Source: Ostreococcus lucimarinus (Eukaryota). From it: DNA of 64,000 bases. Location of the stretch: the NCBI GenBank assembly GCA_000092065.1, contig CP000595.1. One strand, 5' to 3'. The translations under genes were made by a program, and so were the position numbers. Shown in pieces: positions 18,654 to 29,397 of the stretch. The notes under the pieces are model-generated. The model saw only the letters and a program-made list of their open reading frames with translations. It ran no database searches and had not been told where the DNA came from. Each line of letters begins with the position of its first letter. Position 1 is the first letter of the stretch.

Positions 18654-20486
18654 CTAACGCAAAAGGGTGTAGATGACGCTGTCGCACACCTCTTGACGCG
18701 CTTTCGGGGACGAAATAGGTTCACCGTTGAAATCGGTGAGTAAAAATCTGTGCACTTCATCTTGGATGAAGTTCTCGACCGTGCGCGGGTCGATCAAAAT
18801 ATCCGCCTTGAAAACCATGACGTTGAGCGCTTGCAGCGCCTCGGTGACGTCGAGCAACACGCGAGGTCGGGTGTGGCCGGAGATATCCAGCGGCGCGACG
18901 ACTCGAAGCTCGCTCGTCATGCTCTCGCCTTTGTGACACAGCATCTCGACCTTGAGCGGACGATCGACGTGTTCCTTGTACTTGGCGCAGAGGTATTCCA
19001 TTTGCTCTTCGTTTTCGATGTTTCGCGTGAACAGGGCGACTTCGCAAATGGAGTCGTCGACGATTTCAATCTTGGCGTAGCTCACGGAGACTTTCAAATC
19101 CTTCGACACGCGCAAGCAATCGTACAACAAGCCTTGCCTGTCTCGAGTGCGGATTTGAAACACCGTGTGCGCGGGACTCATGAGGTTATCCACCTCCACG
19201 GTTGTTTCGTAATCGAACACCGGCGGTTTGGCTTCGGTGACGATCATCCCGGACGACTCGCGCAAGGTTTTCGTGCGACCTTGTCGAGTGACGAACGACG
19301 GCGCGGGGTGAACCAATATATTGACCCGATTCAACGCCTCGGGCGTTCGCGCGACGACGGGTTTGACGCGTCGGGAAATATCGCCGACGCGCGACGGATT
19401 CGGCAGCTCGTGTAAATCATCCGTCACGTAGAATAGATCCACCGCCTTGCCGCACGGCGCCGTCGTGACGTGCGCGCGATGCACGGTGAGCTGAAGCTCC
19501 CACAACGCGAGCGTGACGTCGTGCAACAGCCCCACGCGATCGTGCGCCTCGACTTGTAAAATATACAGACTCTGATTCGCGTGCATCTGCTCCAACATCT
19601 CAAACGACTCGACGGATGGAATCGTGCTAATCGTGCTCTTGTGCGGACACAGCAACTCTAACCGCTGCCTCAGCAGCTCCCAATCCACGACGCACGTCCG
19701 AGGCGCTATGGACTCCTCGAGCTCGGCCAACGCCGCGTTCCCGCCGTGCGCGCTCCCCTCGAACCGTCGCAATTTCGGCGAACTCATCGACGCCGGCATC
19801 GGCGACCCCGTCGCCGCCGCGCGCTCCCGACCCAGCCCCCGGTCCACGCTCGCCCCCCTATCCCCACTCCCACTCACCCCACCGTCTTTCGCGCGCCCAT
19901 CTCGCCCGCGCGCCCCTAACCAAGCCTTCCTCGCGACGTCGCCGACGCGTCTCGCGATTTCTCCCGCTCGCCTCGCGACTCGCCTCGCCACTCCTCCGAC
20001 CCCCGTTTCCTCGCTCGCCGCGCCCGCGCCCGCGCCCGCGCCCTCGCGCGCCGCGTTCTCATCCATCAGCGATCCGTGGCTCACGCCTCGATCGAGCGCG
20101 CCCGCGCGCACCGTGAGCAACACCAGCGCCCACACGCCGTCCGTCGTAAAGTCGCCGCGCGTCACCACGAGCCCGAATTCAAACACCACCCTGCAGATGT
20201 CCGCCCCGAGCCCCGTCTTGTCCGGGCACGTCACTCGAAACTCCGCGCACGGCACCGCGTCCGCGCCGTCGTCCAGCGCGGCGTACGCGACGCACCGCTC
20301 GTCGTCCGCCGCGTCGTCGGCGATCGTCGCCGCGCGCGCGCGCGCCGACGCGTCGCGCGCGCGCGGCGCGGACGGCGCGCGCGACATGCCGGCGACGCGA
20401 CGAACCGCGGGCGCGACGCTCGACCGACGCGTCGGCGCGCGCGCGACGCCCCTCGAGCGCGCGCGGCGCGTCGATGAGTGACGCAT
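18654..20486 (-). CDS. ACT-domain repeat protein (ACR-like)
   Basis: Several ACT-like units are present: FRVTCPDKTGLGADICRVVFEFGLVV, TVFQIRTRDRQGLLYDCLRVSKDL and LDISGHTRPRVLLDVTEALQAL. The ORF-track start (20939) would overlap the next gene, so the start is probably near 20387-20486. Confidence 0.55.
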   Translation of the reverse strand: MRHSSTRRARSRGVARAPTRRSSVAPAVRRVAGMSRAPSAPRARDASARARAATIADDAADDERCVAYAALDDGADAVPCAEFRVTCPDKTGLGADICRVVFEFGLVVTRGDFTTDGVWALVLLTVRAGALDRGVSHGSLMDENAAREGAGAGAGAASEETGVGGVARRVARRAGEIARRVGDVARKAWLGARGRDGRAKDGGVSGSGDRGASVDRGLGRERAAATGSPMPASMSSPKLRRFEGSAHGGNAALAELEESIAPRTCVVDWELLRQRLELLCPHKSTISTIPSVESFEMLEQMHANQSLYILQVEAHDRVGLLHDVTLALWELQLTVHRAHVTTAPCGKAVDLFYVTDDLHELPNPSRVGDISRRVKPVVARTPEALNRVNILVHPAPSFVTRQGRTKTLRESSGMIVTEAKPPVFDYETTVEVDNLMSPAHTVFQIRTRDRQGLLYDCLRVSKDLKVSVSYAKIEIVDDSICEVALFTRNIENEEQMEYLCAKYKEHVDRPLKVEMLCHKGESMTSELRVVAPLDISGHTRPRVLLDVTEALQALNVMVFKADILIDPRTVENFIQDEVHRFLLTDFNGEPISSPKARQEVCDSVIYTLLR

Positions 20487-20529
20487 CGCGATGGCGAATC
20501 GCGATCGCGAATCGCGTCGCCACAGCGCG

Positions 20530-22176
20530 ATGCGCGCGGTCGCGCGGTCGCTCCTGCTCTGGCTGACGCTCGCGCCGACCCTGGCGCGCGCGTCGGCGCA
20601 CGCGTACGCGCGCGACTCGCTGTACGCGACGAACGACGCGGCGATCCTCGTCGCGGGCGCGGAGGGCGTCTTCGCGTCGCGCGTGCGCCTCGAGCGCGAG
20701 ACGACGGACGTCCGAAAGCGATGGCTCGGCGCGAATCCGCGCGTCGCGGACGGGCGCGCGTACGTCCGACTGGACGCGCTGACGTTCGAGCGGCCGCGGG
20801 AGACGGCGCGGGCGAGGGGCGCGACGGGGGGGGCGAGCGGCTTGGTCGAGGCGGCGACGTTTAAACGCGAGGACGTCGATCGGATCGGCGTGTGGGACGA
20901 CGAGGCGGGCGCGAGGAAGTTTTGTTGCACGGGTGACATGGCGAAGCGAGGGCTGTGCGAGAAGGGAGAGGTGGGACGATTGGTGGTGCGAGGGCGGGGC
21001 GACGGCGGCGCGACGGCGCCGTGGAAGACGGAGATTTGGTTCGAGGGCGACGACGTCGAGGCGAGGAGCGATGTGCAGGCGGTGAGCGTGCGGGAGACGG
21101 GGATGTATTACATGTGGTTCGTGGTGTGCGATCCGGAGCACGCGGGGGTGACGGTGAGCGGGAGGACGCTTTGGAAGAATCCGGATGGATATCTGCCGGG
21201 GGCGAAGACGGCGCTGTTGCCGTTTTACGGCTTCGCGGCGATGGCGTACCTCGGGTTGGGGTTCGCGTGGGCGATGGCGTACGTGGGGAATTGGCGACAC
21301 GTTTTAGAGCTGCATAATTGCATCACCGTCGTGCTGGCGCTGTCGATGTGCGAGACGGCGGTGTGGTATTTCGATTACGCCAACTGGAACGCCACGGGCT
21401 ATCGCCCGTACGTGTTCACCGTGGTCGCCGTCTTGCTCGGCAGTCTTCGCACGACGCTCAGTCGCACGCTCGTGCTCATGATGTCCATGGGGTACGGCGT
21501 CGTTCGCCCCACCCTCGGCGGGTTGAACGCCAAAGTGGTGTCGTTGAGCGTTTGCTATCTCTTCTCCACCGCCGTCAAGGACGTCGTCGAGCACGTCGGA
21601 TCGGTGGATGACTTGAAACCCGGCGCGAGGTTGTTTTTGGTGCTGCCGGTGTCGGTGTTTGATTCCGTGTTCTTGATTTGGATCTTCAACTCGCTGTCGA
21701 GGACGCTCACGCAGCTCGTGTTGAGACAACAAAAGCAAAAGCTGTCGCTCTACCGCGCGTTCACCAATCTCTTGGCGGCGAACGTCGTGCTCTCGGTCGG
21801 TTGGCTCGCGTACGAGATGTGGTTCAAGAGCACGGACATGATTGAAGAGAAGTGGGAGTCGGTGTGGATGTTGACTGCGTTTTGGCAAGCGTTATCCTTC
21901 GGTTTACTCGCCGGCATTTGCTTTTTATGGCGCCCCGCGAGCGAGTCGACGCAGTACGCCTACAGCGAGCTCGCGAACGACATCTCCGAAGACGCGTGGT
22001 GGGGCGAGCTCATCACCAACGACGACATCGAGCAATTCGCGGGGTCGTCGAAAATGTCCAAGTCACCGCGCGTGATGAATAGTGCGAAGAAGACGCGAGC
22101 GATGAACGACTTTTCGCTCGACGCCGACGACGACTCGGCGGCGGAAATCGAAATGGAAATGGGAAAGATTGACTGA
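20530..22176 (+). CDS. lung seven-transmembrane receptor family protein (GPR107/108-like)
   Basis: A signal peptide MRAVARSLLLWLTLAPTLARASA and a 7-TM C-terminal half (YMWFVVCD, WRHVLELHNCITVV, FLIWIFNSLS, LTAFWQALSFG) are present. Confidence 0.8.
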   Translation: MRAVARSLLLWLTLAPTLARASAHAYARDSLYATNDAAILVAGAEGVFASRVRLERETTDVRKRWLGANPRVADGRAYVRLDALTFERPRETARARGATGGASGLVEAATFKREDVDRIGVWDDEAGARKFCCTGDMAKRGLCEKGEVGRLVVRGRGDGGATAPWKTEIWFEGDDVEARSDVQAVSVRETGMYYMWFVVCDPEHAGVTVSGRTLWKNPDGYLPGAKTALLPFYGFAAMAYLGLGFAWAMAYVGNWRHVLELHNCITVVLALSMCETAVWYFDYANWNATGYRPYVFTVVAVLLGSLRTTLSRTLVLMMSMGYGVVRPTLGGLNAKVVSLSVCYLFSTAVKDVVEHVGSVDDLKPGARLFLVLPVSVFDSVFLIWIFNSLSRTLTQLVLRQQKQKLSLYRAFTNLLAANVVLSVGWLAYEMWFKSTDMIEEKWESVWMLTAFWQALSFGLLAGICFLWRPASESTQYAYSELANDISEDAWWGELITNDDIEQFAGSSKMSKSPRVMNSAKKTRAMNDFSLDADDDSAAEIEMEMGKID

Positions 22177-22278
22177 TTGATTGAATCGATCGACGCACGC
22201 GTCCTTCGCTTCAACGCTGTAATTTGAATTGACACGCAATCGCGCGCTCTCTATTTGCTAAACGGCAATCACCGTACT

Positions 22279-23340
22279 TTACTTGCGTCCGCCCTTTCGC
22301 GACGCCCCGCGCGCGTCCGAGAGCGCCTGCAGCGTCTCGTCAAAGTGCCCGAGCGCCTCTTCGCGTTTCACCGGCGGCGGCGAATCCGGTTCGTCGGTGA
22401 ATACTTTTGACTTGTTCGCGCGCGCCTTGAACGGCGAAAACAAACCTCCGCGCTCCTTCGCGGACGCCGACGGCGGCGGCGGCTCCGCGGCTTTGGTCTT
22501 GATCGCCCTCGGCGCCTTCGGCGTCTTCGGCGCCGTTTTCTCCCTATCCGGCGCGTACGCCTCCGGCAGCCGACACAACCGACACACGCTGGTGCGAACC
22601 TGAATATCGCTCCCGTCCTCCCCCCGCTCTATCGCCGCCGCCCTCGCGTCCGCCGCGATCGCCCGCTCCGCGACGATGTACTCGTACGTCGACATCCGCC
22701 TCCAACACAGCGTCGCGTGAAACGCGAACAACTCCCCCACCACGTACAACAGCCCCATCCCGAGCGCCACGTACGCGCACACTCCCACGATCAACGACGC
22801 GTGCGTCACCCCGTTCCCCGCGTACCGCGCCCGCTCGTTCACGTACCTCTTCGCCTCGTCTCCGTTCGCCGCCAACCACGCCGCGAGACACGCGCCGCAC
22901 GCCGTCTGCCCCCCGATCTGCACCGTCGCGCTCGTCACCAGCGCCAAGAACGCCCCGTAATTCCGTCCACCGACGCAATTATTCAACCACTTGCAGTGAT
23001 GATCGAAATCGTCCACGCACTTATCGCAGTCCCGGCAGTGCTTCGCGCGTCGCCCGACGCTCGCGTCGCAGCGCCCGCAATACAGCGCCGCGTCGTCCGT
23101 CGCGCGCGCGCCCGGGTCGATCGCCGTCGCGCGCGCGAACGCGCACGTCACGAACGCGCACGCGCACGCGTACGCGATGATCGCGCCGCGTCGCGAGCGC
23201 GCGTCGGCGATCGACGGCGCGAGCAGCAGGTAAAATCCGAGCGCTTCGCACGTCCACACGACGATCGCCGTCGTTTGGTGCGCGTTGAGCGCCGCGCGCC
23301 CGCGCGCGTCGACGAATCCGTTGCGCCGCGTCGGCGGCAT
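22279..23340 (-). CDS. DHHC-type palmitoyltransferase
   Basis: The Cys-rich domain CGRCDASVGRRAKHCRDCDKCVDDFDHHCKWLNNCVG is flanked by TM segments. Confidence 0.85.
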   Translation of the reverse strand: MPPTRRNGFVDARGRAALNAHQTTAIVVWTCEALGFYLLLAPSIADARSRRGAIIAYACACAFVTCAFARATAIDPGARATDDAALYCGRCDASVGRRAKHCRDCDKCVDDFDHHCKWLNNCVGGRNYGAFLALVTSATVQIGGQTACGACLAAWLAANGDEAKRYVNERARYAGNGVTHASLIVGVCAYVALGMGLLYVVGELFAFHATLCWRRMSTYEYIVAERAIAADARAAAIERGEDGSDIQVRTSVCRLCRLPEAYAPDREKTAPKTPKAPRAIKTKAAEPPPPSASAKERGGLFSPFKARANKSKVFTDEPDSPPPVKREEALGHFDETLQALSDARGASRKGGRK

Positions 23341-23456
23341 CGTTCGTCCGCGCCCGCGCGCGATCGAGCGCGGTTCGGGCTTCGCGCGGCGTCGATGAGT
23401 GTCGAAAACGACCCGCGCGGATTACCATTCGCCGCAGAAATCGCCGCGAATTCGCG

Positions 23457-23963
23457 ATGCGCGCGCCCGCGTCGGCGCTCGCGACGACGGAGACGCGAGA
23501 CGACGCGTTGGCGCTCGCGATCGCGGACGCGTCGAACGCGCCGGACGATCGCGCGCGGCGGGAGGCGGACGCGAAGGTGCTGGAACTGAAGCTCGGCGCG
23601 ATTCGCGACGACGTCAGGGCGTCGACGCTCGGCCGCGACGTGCAGGGCTCGCAGGCGGGCGCGGGGTCGGGGGAGTTTCACAAGTATCGCGAGCGGCGAC
23701 GGCGCGAGCGCGCGCGGTTGGAGGCGATGGAGGCGGCGGACGCGGCGCGGGTCGAAGCGGAGGCGCGCGCGCGGCGAGCGGCGGCGGCGAGCGAGGCGAG
23801 CGAGGCGAAGACGGCGAAGAACAGGGCGAAGCGAGCGAAGGCGAAGGCGAAGCGAGCGGCGAAACGGCGACGGGGGGGAGGGGGGGCGACGATCGGGGAG
23901 GCGAAGGCGGACGAGGAGGAGGAGGAGGAGGAGGCGGAGGCGACGGCGACGGCGCTCGATTGA
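23457..23963 (+). CDS. PRKRIP1-like (DUF1168) Lys/Arg-rich protein
   Basis: The GSGEFHKYRERRRRE motif matches the PRKRIP1 core (GSGEFHVYRHLRRRE), and there is a basic, acidic C-terminal tail. Confidence 0.55.
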   Translation: MRAPASALATTETRDDALALAIADASNAPDDRARREADAKVLELKLGAIRDDVRASTLGRDVQGSQAGAGSGEFHKYRERRRRERARLEAMEAADAARVEAEARARRAAAASEASEAKTAKNRAKRAKAKAKRAAKRRRGGGGATIGEAKADEEEEEEEAEATATALD

Positions 23964-24045
23964 CGGGACGCGCGCGATCGGTGGGCGCGCGAATCGGTGG
24001 GCGCGCGAATTATAATACAATCTCGTGATGGGTTCGGCGGTGGCG

Positions 24046-25359
24046 TCACGCGGCCGGGGTGGTGGTGGTGGTTGTGGGGTCTCGCGCGTCGTCCGCGGAG
24101 GCGTCGTCGGCGTCGGTTTTCGACGCCTCGGTCTTCGTGTCGGCGAAGACGCCGGCGAACTTGTCCGCGATCGCTTGTTCCATCTCCATGCGCTCGGGCG
24201 AGCCTTTGTTGATGATGGCGTTCACGAAATCCTCGGGATCGACCTTGAGCAGCTGGAACGCGAACAGGATCAGTAACGGCAAATCGCTTCCCGTGGCGAG
24301 CGTCGCGCCGAACGCGACGAAGCCGACGATGAGATTGACGCGCTTCTTCCTCTTCTCCTTGGCGATTTGTTCGGGCGTCTTGTTTTTATCCTCCTCGCTC
24401 GTCTCCGCGATCGGCGCGTCGTCGAGCGTGTTCGTCCACGCGCGCGCTATGGCGCGCGGGAGCAAACACGCCGGCGCGACGTAAAACACGTACGCCATCG
24501 CCATCGCGAACGGGCCCAAGATGAATCCGACCGCGCCACCGCCGCGAAGCGCGCCGAGCGCCTTGGTCAACGTCGTCGACGTAGACAGCAGCAGCGTCGC
24601 CAATCCGACGACGCCGAACACGACCACGCACGCGCGCCGCGCCGTTTTGAAAATCTTCCCTCGGCGTCCGCCGAGCCATCGCAGCGCCATCAAAATCGGC
24701 GCCGTCATCACCCACCAACTGCTCCCTTCGCCGCCGTACGCCCCCGCGGGGACGAGCAACATGTAACCGACGTGAAAATCTAACCACGCGCTCCGACACG
24801 CGCGATTAAACGCGAACGGTCGATGCTCCCCTTCGTGCCTCGGCGACGTCTTGTTCTCGTACCACCACCGCCGCAGCGCGTACAGCGCGCCGAACGTCGG
24901 CAGCACCACGAGCAACAGCCACTGCGCGCCGATGATCGGCGCCTCCCTCGATTCCCTGAGCATCGCTCCCGTGTAGAACAGCAGCACGGCGGTGAGCGGG
25001 TTCAGCCGACCGAAGAACGTCGGCACCGCGTCGAGCGCGCGCGGATACAGCGCGTCGCTCAGCGGCGCGATGGTGTCCTCGAGCTCCGGGCGCGCGTCCT
25101 CGCCGTCGCGCGCCGCCGGGTCCTCCGACGACGCCGTCGCGCGCCGCCGCGTCGACGGACGCTCGCGTCGCGCGCGGGACGCCGCGGGGCGCGCGCGCGG
25201 CGACGCATCGCATCCGACCGCGGCGCGCGCGTCGGCGAACGATCGCGCGCCGCGACGTCCCGCGGACGCCTCGACGCGCGATGACGCGCGTTTGAGACGC
25301 GCGCGATGCCCGCGATCGATCGCGCGCGGCGCGAGGGCGCGCGCGGCGAACGCACGCAT
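24046..25359 (-). CDS. multi-pass membrane protein of unknown function
   Basis: There are at least 6 hydrophobic helices in a 437-aa ORF. No family was recognised. The N-terminal about 100 aa is Arg/Ala-rich, so it may be a presequence or an over-extended ORF. Confidence 0.45.
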   Translation of the reverse strand: MRAFAARALAPRAIDRGHRARLKRASSRVEASAGRRGARSFADARAAVGCDASPRARPAASRARRERPSTRRRATASSEDPAARDGEDARPELEDTIAPLSDALYPRALDAVPTFFGRLNPLTAVLLFYTGAMLRESREAPIIGAQWLLLVVLPTFGALYALRRWWYENKTSPRHEGEHRPFAFNRACRSAWLDFHVGYMLLVPAGAYGGEGSSWWVMTAPILMALRWLGGRRGKIFKTARRACVVVFGVVGLATLLLSTSTTLTKALGALRGGGAVGFILGPFAMAMAYVFYVAPACLLPRAIARAWTNTLDDAPIAETSEEDKNKTPEQIAKEKRKKRVNLIVGFVAFGATLATGSDLPLLILFAFQLLKVDPEDFVNAIINKGSPERMEMEQAIADKFAGVFADTKTEASKTDADDASADDARDPTTTTTTPAA

Positions 25360-25578
25360 CGCGGCGCGCGCGCGAGTGAGGACGGGACGCGGAAAATATC
25401 TTTCGGGACGCGCCGACGCGGGCTTCGCGAGACGCGCGAGGGCGAGTCGCCGCGCCGCCGCGCCGCCGCGACGGGATTTCGATGGAAATAAATAGTGATG
25501 GATTAAACGCGGGTCGAACGCGCGTGGGCGCGAGCGAGGGACTGGCGCGAGAGAGACGCGCGGTCGGTCGGTCGGCGA

Positions 25579-26487
25579 CTACAAGCCGTCGAACGCGGGC
25601 GTCTCCGCGCCTTCGGGGAACAACATCGCGAGCTTGACCGCGCCGAGATCGTTGACGACCTTGCTCGCGCCTTCGCCCATGAAATCGGCGCCGATGTTGC
25701 TGCCGCACGGGGTGATGAGACAGGCCATGTCGGCGCCGACGGCGGCGCGCAAGCCGACGATGGAATCTTCCACGACGAGGCACTTGCTCGCGGGCAAGCC
25801 AACCTTGTCTCTGGCGAGGTTGTAGATCAAGGGATCGGGCTTCTTGCGCGTGACGTCGTCACCAGCCATGAGCACGTCGAGCTTGCTCAAACGCTCGACG
25901 CCGACGACGGAGTTGACAACCTTTTCGAAGCCCGCCTTGGTCGCCGCGCTGCAAATCCCCACCGCGATGGAGGGATCGGCGATCGCCTCGTCCATGAGCG
26001 CGAGCACCCCAGGTCGCGCCACAGCCACTTCTTCGACGATCTTTTTATAAATTTCCGTCTTCTTGTCCTGCAACGCGTCGATGAGCGCGTCTCGATCCGC
26101 GTCGCTCGACGGCGCCTCCGCGAACATCGTCGACGTCGGCCACGCCTTTTTATCCTCGTTAAAATGCCATCGCATCTTCGGCTTCCCCCCGCCCACGGTA
26201 TTTTGCAGCACGTCGTAATATTTCACCACCCACTCCACGCCCTCGCCGTCGATTTTCAAATCAAACGCCTCGAACGCGCCGTTGTACGCCAACCGGTGCA
26301 GCTCCTCCGTCTCCACGATGACGCCGTCGCAATCAAACAAAAGCGCGAATCGCGCGTTCTTCGTGTTCGATCCCGCGTTCGCGCGCGTCGTCGTCGCGCG
26401 TCGCGTCGTCTTCGTCGTCTTCTTCGCCGCCGTCGTCCTCGCGCCGCGTTCAACGCGCGTCGACGTCGTCATCGCCGTCATCGCCAT
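25579..26487 (-). CDS. CbbY-like HAD-superfamily hydrolase
   Basis: HAD motif I LLFDCDGVIVETE is present, with CbbY-like blocks RLAYNGAFEAF and a Ser/Thr/Ala-rich presequence. Start is taken at MAMTAMTT because the ORF-track start at 26682 is likely upstream read-through. Confidence 0.75.
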   Translation of the reverse strand: MAMTAMTTSTRVERGARTTAAKKTTKTTRRATTTRANAGSNTKNARFALLFDCDGVIVETEELHRLAYNGAFEAFDLKIDGEGVEWVVKYYDVLQNTVGGGKPKMRWHFNEDKKAWPTSTMFAEAPSSDADRDALIDALQDKKTEIYKKIVEEVAVARPGVLALMDEAIADPSIAVGICSAATKAGFEKVVNSVVGVERLSKLDVLMAGDDVTRKKPDPLIYNLARDKVGLPASKCLVVEDSIVGLRAAVGADMACLITPCGSNIGADFMGEGASKVVNDLGAVKLAMLFPEGAETPAFDGL

Positions 26488-26699
26488 CGAATCCGTCCCT
26501 CTTATCGATGACGCGTCTTTTTCGTCGTCGCGCCGGCGTCGCGCGTTCGCGCGTCCGAAACGCCGCCCGAGCGCGTTCGACGCGCGTCCGCTCGCGAATC
26601 CGAGAGCGCGTCGCCGTCGTCGCGTCCGCGTCGCGGTGTGCGCGTCCCGAATCGCGCCGTCCCAGGCCCCTCTTCGTCGCACTTCGCCGCGCGACGCGA

Positions 26700-27194
26700 A
26701 TGCGCGCGTCGCGCGGCGACGACGCGCCGGCGCTCCCGGGACGCGCGGTCGCGGTGGACGAAGACAAAAAATCGATCGACAACGACGCGAACAAGCGCGC
26801 CGTCAAGCGCTACCGCGATCGTCAGCGCGACGCGAAGATGAAGTTGGAATCCGAAAACGCGGCGCTGCGAGTGGAGACGACGCGGTTGGCGACGGAGCTC
26901 GCGCACGCGCGATGGGTGCTCGACGCGGTGGCGTCGCGGTGCGGGATGAAGCGACGCGCGACGGGGCGCGACGCGGACGCGGCGCTGCGCCGAAGCGTCG
27001 CGCGCGTGATCCACGGCGCGGGGTGCCCGCTGGGACATCAGGGGCGGGACAGGCCGTTTCGATTGGACGCGACGGAGGCGAGGCGACGCGAGGACGAGGA
27101 CGAGGACGAGTTGGCGGCGTTTTTGAAGGAGTTTTTGGTGCACGAGGACGGGAAGTGTCCGTGCCCGGGGCGCGCGCGCGATGGGGGCGAGTAG
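26700..27194 (+). CDS. small bZIP-like protein with C-terminal Cys-Pro-Cys motif (paralog B)
   Basis: NKRAVKRYRDRQR (N-x7-R) is followed by an L-x6-L-x6-L zipper, the conserved ELAHARWVLDAVA block and FLKEFLVHEDGKCPCPG. It has the same architecture as paralog A. Confidence 0.6.
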   Translation: MRASRGDDAPALPGRAVAVDEDKKSIDNDANKRAVKRYRDRQRDAKMKLESENAALRVETTRLATELAHARWVLDAVASRCGMKRRATGRDADAALRRSVARVIHGAGCPLGHQGRDRPFRLDATEARRREDEDEDELAAFLKEFLVHEDGKCPCPGRARDGGE

Positions 27195-27675
27195 AGGATA
27201 GTTGTGTTGTATGAATAGTGATGTGGCGTGACGAACGGATGCGTGTGATCTGCTGCCCCTCAACCGGTCTCTTGAGTCCGTACTGTAGCGCGGAAATTTA
27301 GTAATTCAGAATGAATTAACTGTCTCAACGCCTGATGCGTTCAGCGTTCCACTGCTAAGCGTATCTCTACCTGATGGGGTCCGAGGCCTCGAAGTCCTAG
27401 GCCGAAGGAGATTGAAGGCAATTCGCGTGCGATTCGTGAAAGCAAATGTGCGTCTTATAAACAACCCCGTCGGTAAGGGACGGGTCTAACAAGTGACGCG
27501 CGCAAAGGAGCAGTTGCGCGTGTCGTCGCTTTATTTGCTGACATTTTTTATATAGCGTAATTGGAGGTATTCTAGTACCTCAGAGTTCATATAAGGACGA
27601 TGCGTATACCTATTTACCATAGAAATGGCTAAGGCCCTTTCGTCAGCGTGCGCGACGACGCGCGCCGCGGCGTTA

Positions 27676-29166
27676 CTAGTGCGCGTGCTCGACGCCGAGT
27701 TGCGCGAGCGCGATGACGAGAACGCCGGCGGTGTAACACACGAACTTGTAAATGCGCATGCCGCGCGCGGGCGCTTCGTGCACGGTGTGCGTGTGCGGAG
27801 CGAGTTTATGGTCGTGACCGTGCTCGTCTTCGCACGATTGCGTTTGCGTCTCGAACTCGTCGCCGATGACTTCCACGGTACCGACGTAAATGAACGTACC
27901 GGCGGCGATGCCCTCGAGGACGGCGGAGACGGCTGGGCTGTGTGCGCTTTCCGCCGCGCACCCGATCAAGATCCCGATCGGGGTTATGAACGAAAACGCC
28001 GTCATGAAAATGAAGAGCGTCTGCGGATTCGTCATGCCGCAGCGCAAAAACGCGCACCCGATGCTGAACGCGGCCGCGGCTTTGTGCGACGCGATGGCGG
28101 TGAAAATCGCGTACACACTGTTTCGATCGCTTTGAAGCCCGAGGGAGACACCCGCGAGAGAGGCGTGCAACGCGACGCCCGCCATGAAGAGCAAAGCCGT
28201 TCTCGTCTGCGCGAAGATGGACACGTGACGACCCTTCTCGTCGTGCGCGCACGTGTCGCACGCGTCGGTCGACGCCTTGTCCACGACGACGACGACGGCC
28301 GCATCGACGTGATGTTCTTTACTTTGTCCGTGTCCGTGTCCGTGTCCGTGGCCGTGCTCTCCGTCGCCCTCGCTCTCCGTCACGTGCGAGTGCGTGTGAA
28401 ACACGACGCGTTCGACGAAGAACGCGATGAGAAATCCCAGCATGACCATGACCATGGCGAAAGGATACTCCTTCGCCGTACCGATGCGTGCCTCCGTCGC
28501 GCTCTCGAGCGCGTGCGGGACGAGGTGCACGAACCCAGACGCGAGAAACAATCCCCCGCTGAACGCGTTCATAAACTCCAACGCGCTCTGCATCTTCGGC
28601 AGCGTTCTCACGAACAGCGACGGCAACATTCCTCCCGCCAAACCTTCAAAAAACACAGCCACCATGAGACCCATCTTGAGTTTGAAATGCTTCAACCCAC
28701 CCGTCGCCGCCGCCGCGCTTTCCGCCTCGCTCGCGATGAACGTGCACGTCGACTCGCTCAGGCACCGCGCCGCCAAACTCAGCGCCGAGAGCAACTCGGT
28801 CTCGTTCAACTTTTGATCCGCGCCCGCGTACGTCGTGATCACGTCCGCCGACGACACGTTCGTCAGCGTCTCCTCCGCGCTCGCGTGCGCGTGTCCAGCG
28901 CTCGCGTGCGCGTGTCCAGCGTGCGAATCCGCGCCCGCGCCCGCGCCGCTCGTCCTCGCCGCGAACCGCTCGAACAATTCGCTCAGCTCGTGAGCGTCCA
29001 TCGTCGCGTCGTCGTTGTCGTCGTTGTACGTCTCCAAGATGTGATCCACCGGCGTCTCGTCGCCTCTCGCGACGCGCGCCATCGCGCACGCGCACGCGCA
29101 CACCGTCAGCGCCGTCGCGAATCGCGCGCGCGCCCGTCGACACCGCCGCCGGTCGTTCGCCGTCAT
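27676..29166 (-). CDS. ZIP-family metal transporter, IRT/ZRT-like subtype
   Basis: His-rich motifs DSHAGHAHASAGHAHAS and GEHGHGHGHGHGQSKEHH are present, with TM motifs LHASLAGVSLGL and SHKAAAAFSIG. The 496-aa product starts at MTANDRR; the 1118-aa ORF-track call is upstream read-through. Confidence 0.8.
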   Translation of the reverse strand: MTANDRRRCRRARARFATALTVCACACAMARVARGDETPVDHILETYNDDNDDATMDAHELSELFERFAARTSGAGAGADSHAGHAHASAGHAHASAEETLTNVSSADVITTYAGADQKLNETELLSALSLAARCLSESTCTFIASEAESAAAATGGLKHFKLKMGLMVAVFFEGLAGGMLPSLFVRTLPKMQSALEFMNAFSGGLFLASGFVHLVPHALESATEARIGTAKEYPFAMVMVMLGFLIAFFVERVVFHTHSHVTESEGDGEHGHGHGHGHGQSKEHHVDAAVVVVVDKASTDACDTCAHDEKGRHVSIFAQTRTALLFMAGVALHASLAGVSLGLQSDRNSVYAIFTAIASHKAAAAFSIGCAFLRCGMTNPQTLFIFMTAFSFITPIGILIGCAAESAHSPAVSAVLEGIAAGTFIYVGTVEVIGDEFETQTQSCEDEHGHDHKLAPHTHTVHEAPARGMRIYKFVCYTAGVLVIALAQLGVEHAH

Positions 29167-29397
29167 CTTGTCTCGCGCCGTCGCGAATCGCGCGCGCGTC
29201 GAGTCCCGGTCTCGACGCCCGCGCCCGGTTCGCCCCGGTTCGAGCGCGCGCGAACGAGCCGAAGAGGCGTCGCGAAGTGCGGCGATGCGCGCGCGTCGTG
29301 CACGTGTCGACGATTCGCGTCGTGCACGTGTCGAGGATCGTCGTACGCGACGCCCCGCGAAGCCCATCACGGATCGCGTCGCGACGCGCGTCGTAAA

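Noticed and set aside
20179-21300. Long Arg-rich ORFs overlapping real genes, for example 20179..21300 (-), 27625..29526 (+), 41229..42380 (-), 56614..57960 (-) and 53259..53951 (-)
   Set aside because: Each is antisense or out of frame relative to a motif-supported gene, is dominated by Arg, Ala and Pro, and has no recognisable domain.
27380-27460. Partial resemblance to the U6 snRNA 3' domain (ATTCGTGAA)
   Set aside because: Only about 9 nt match, and the ACAGAGA box and 5' stem-loop are absent.
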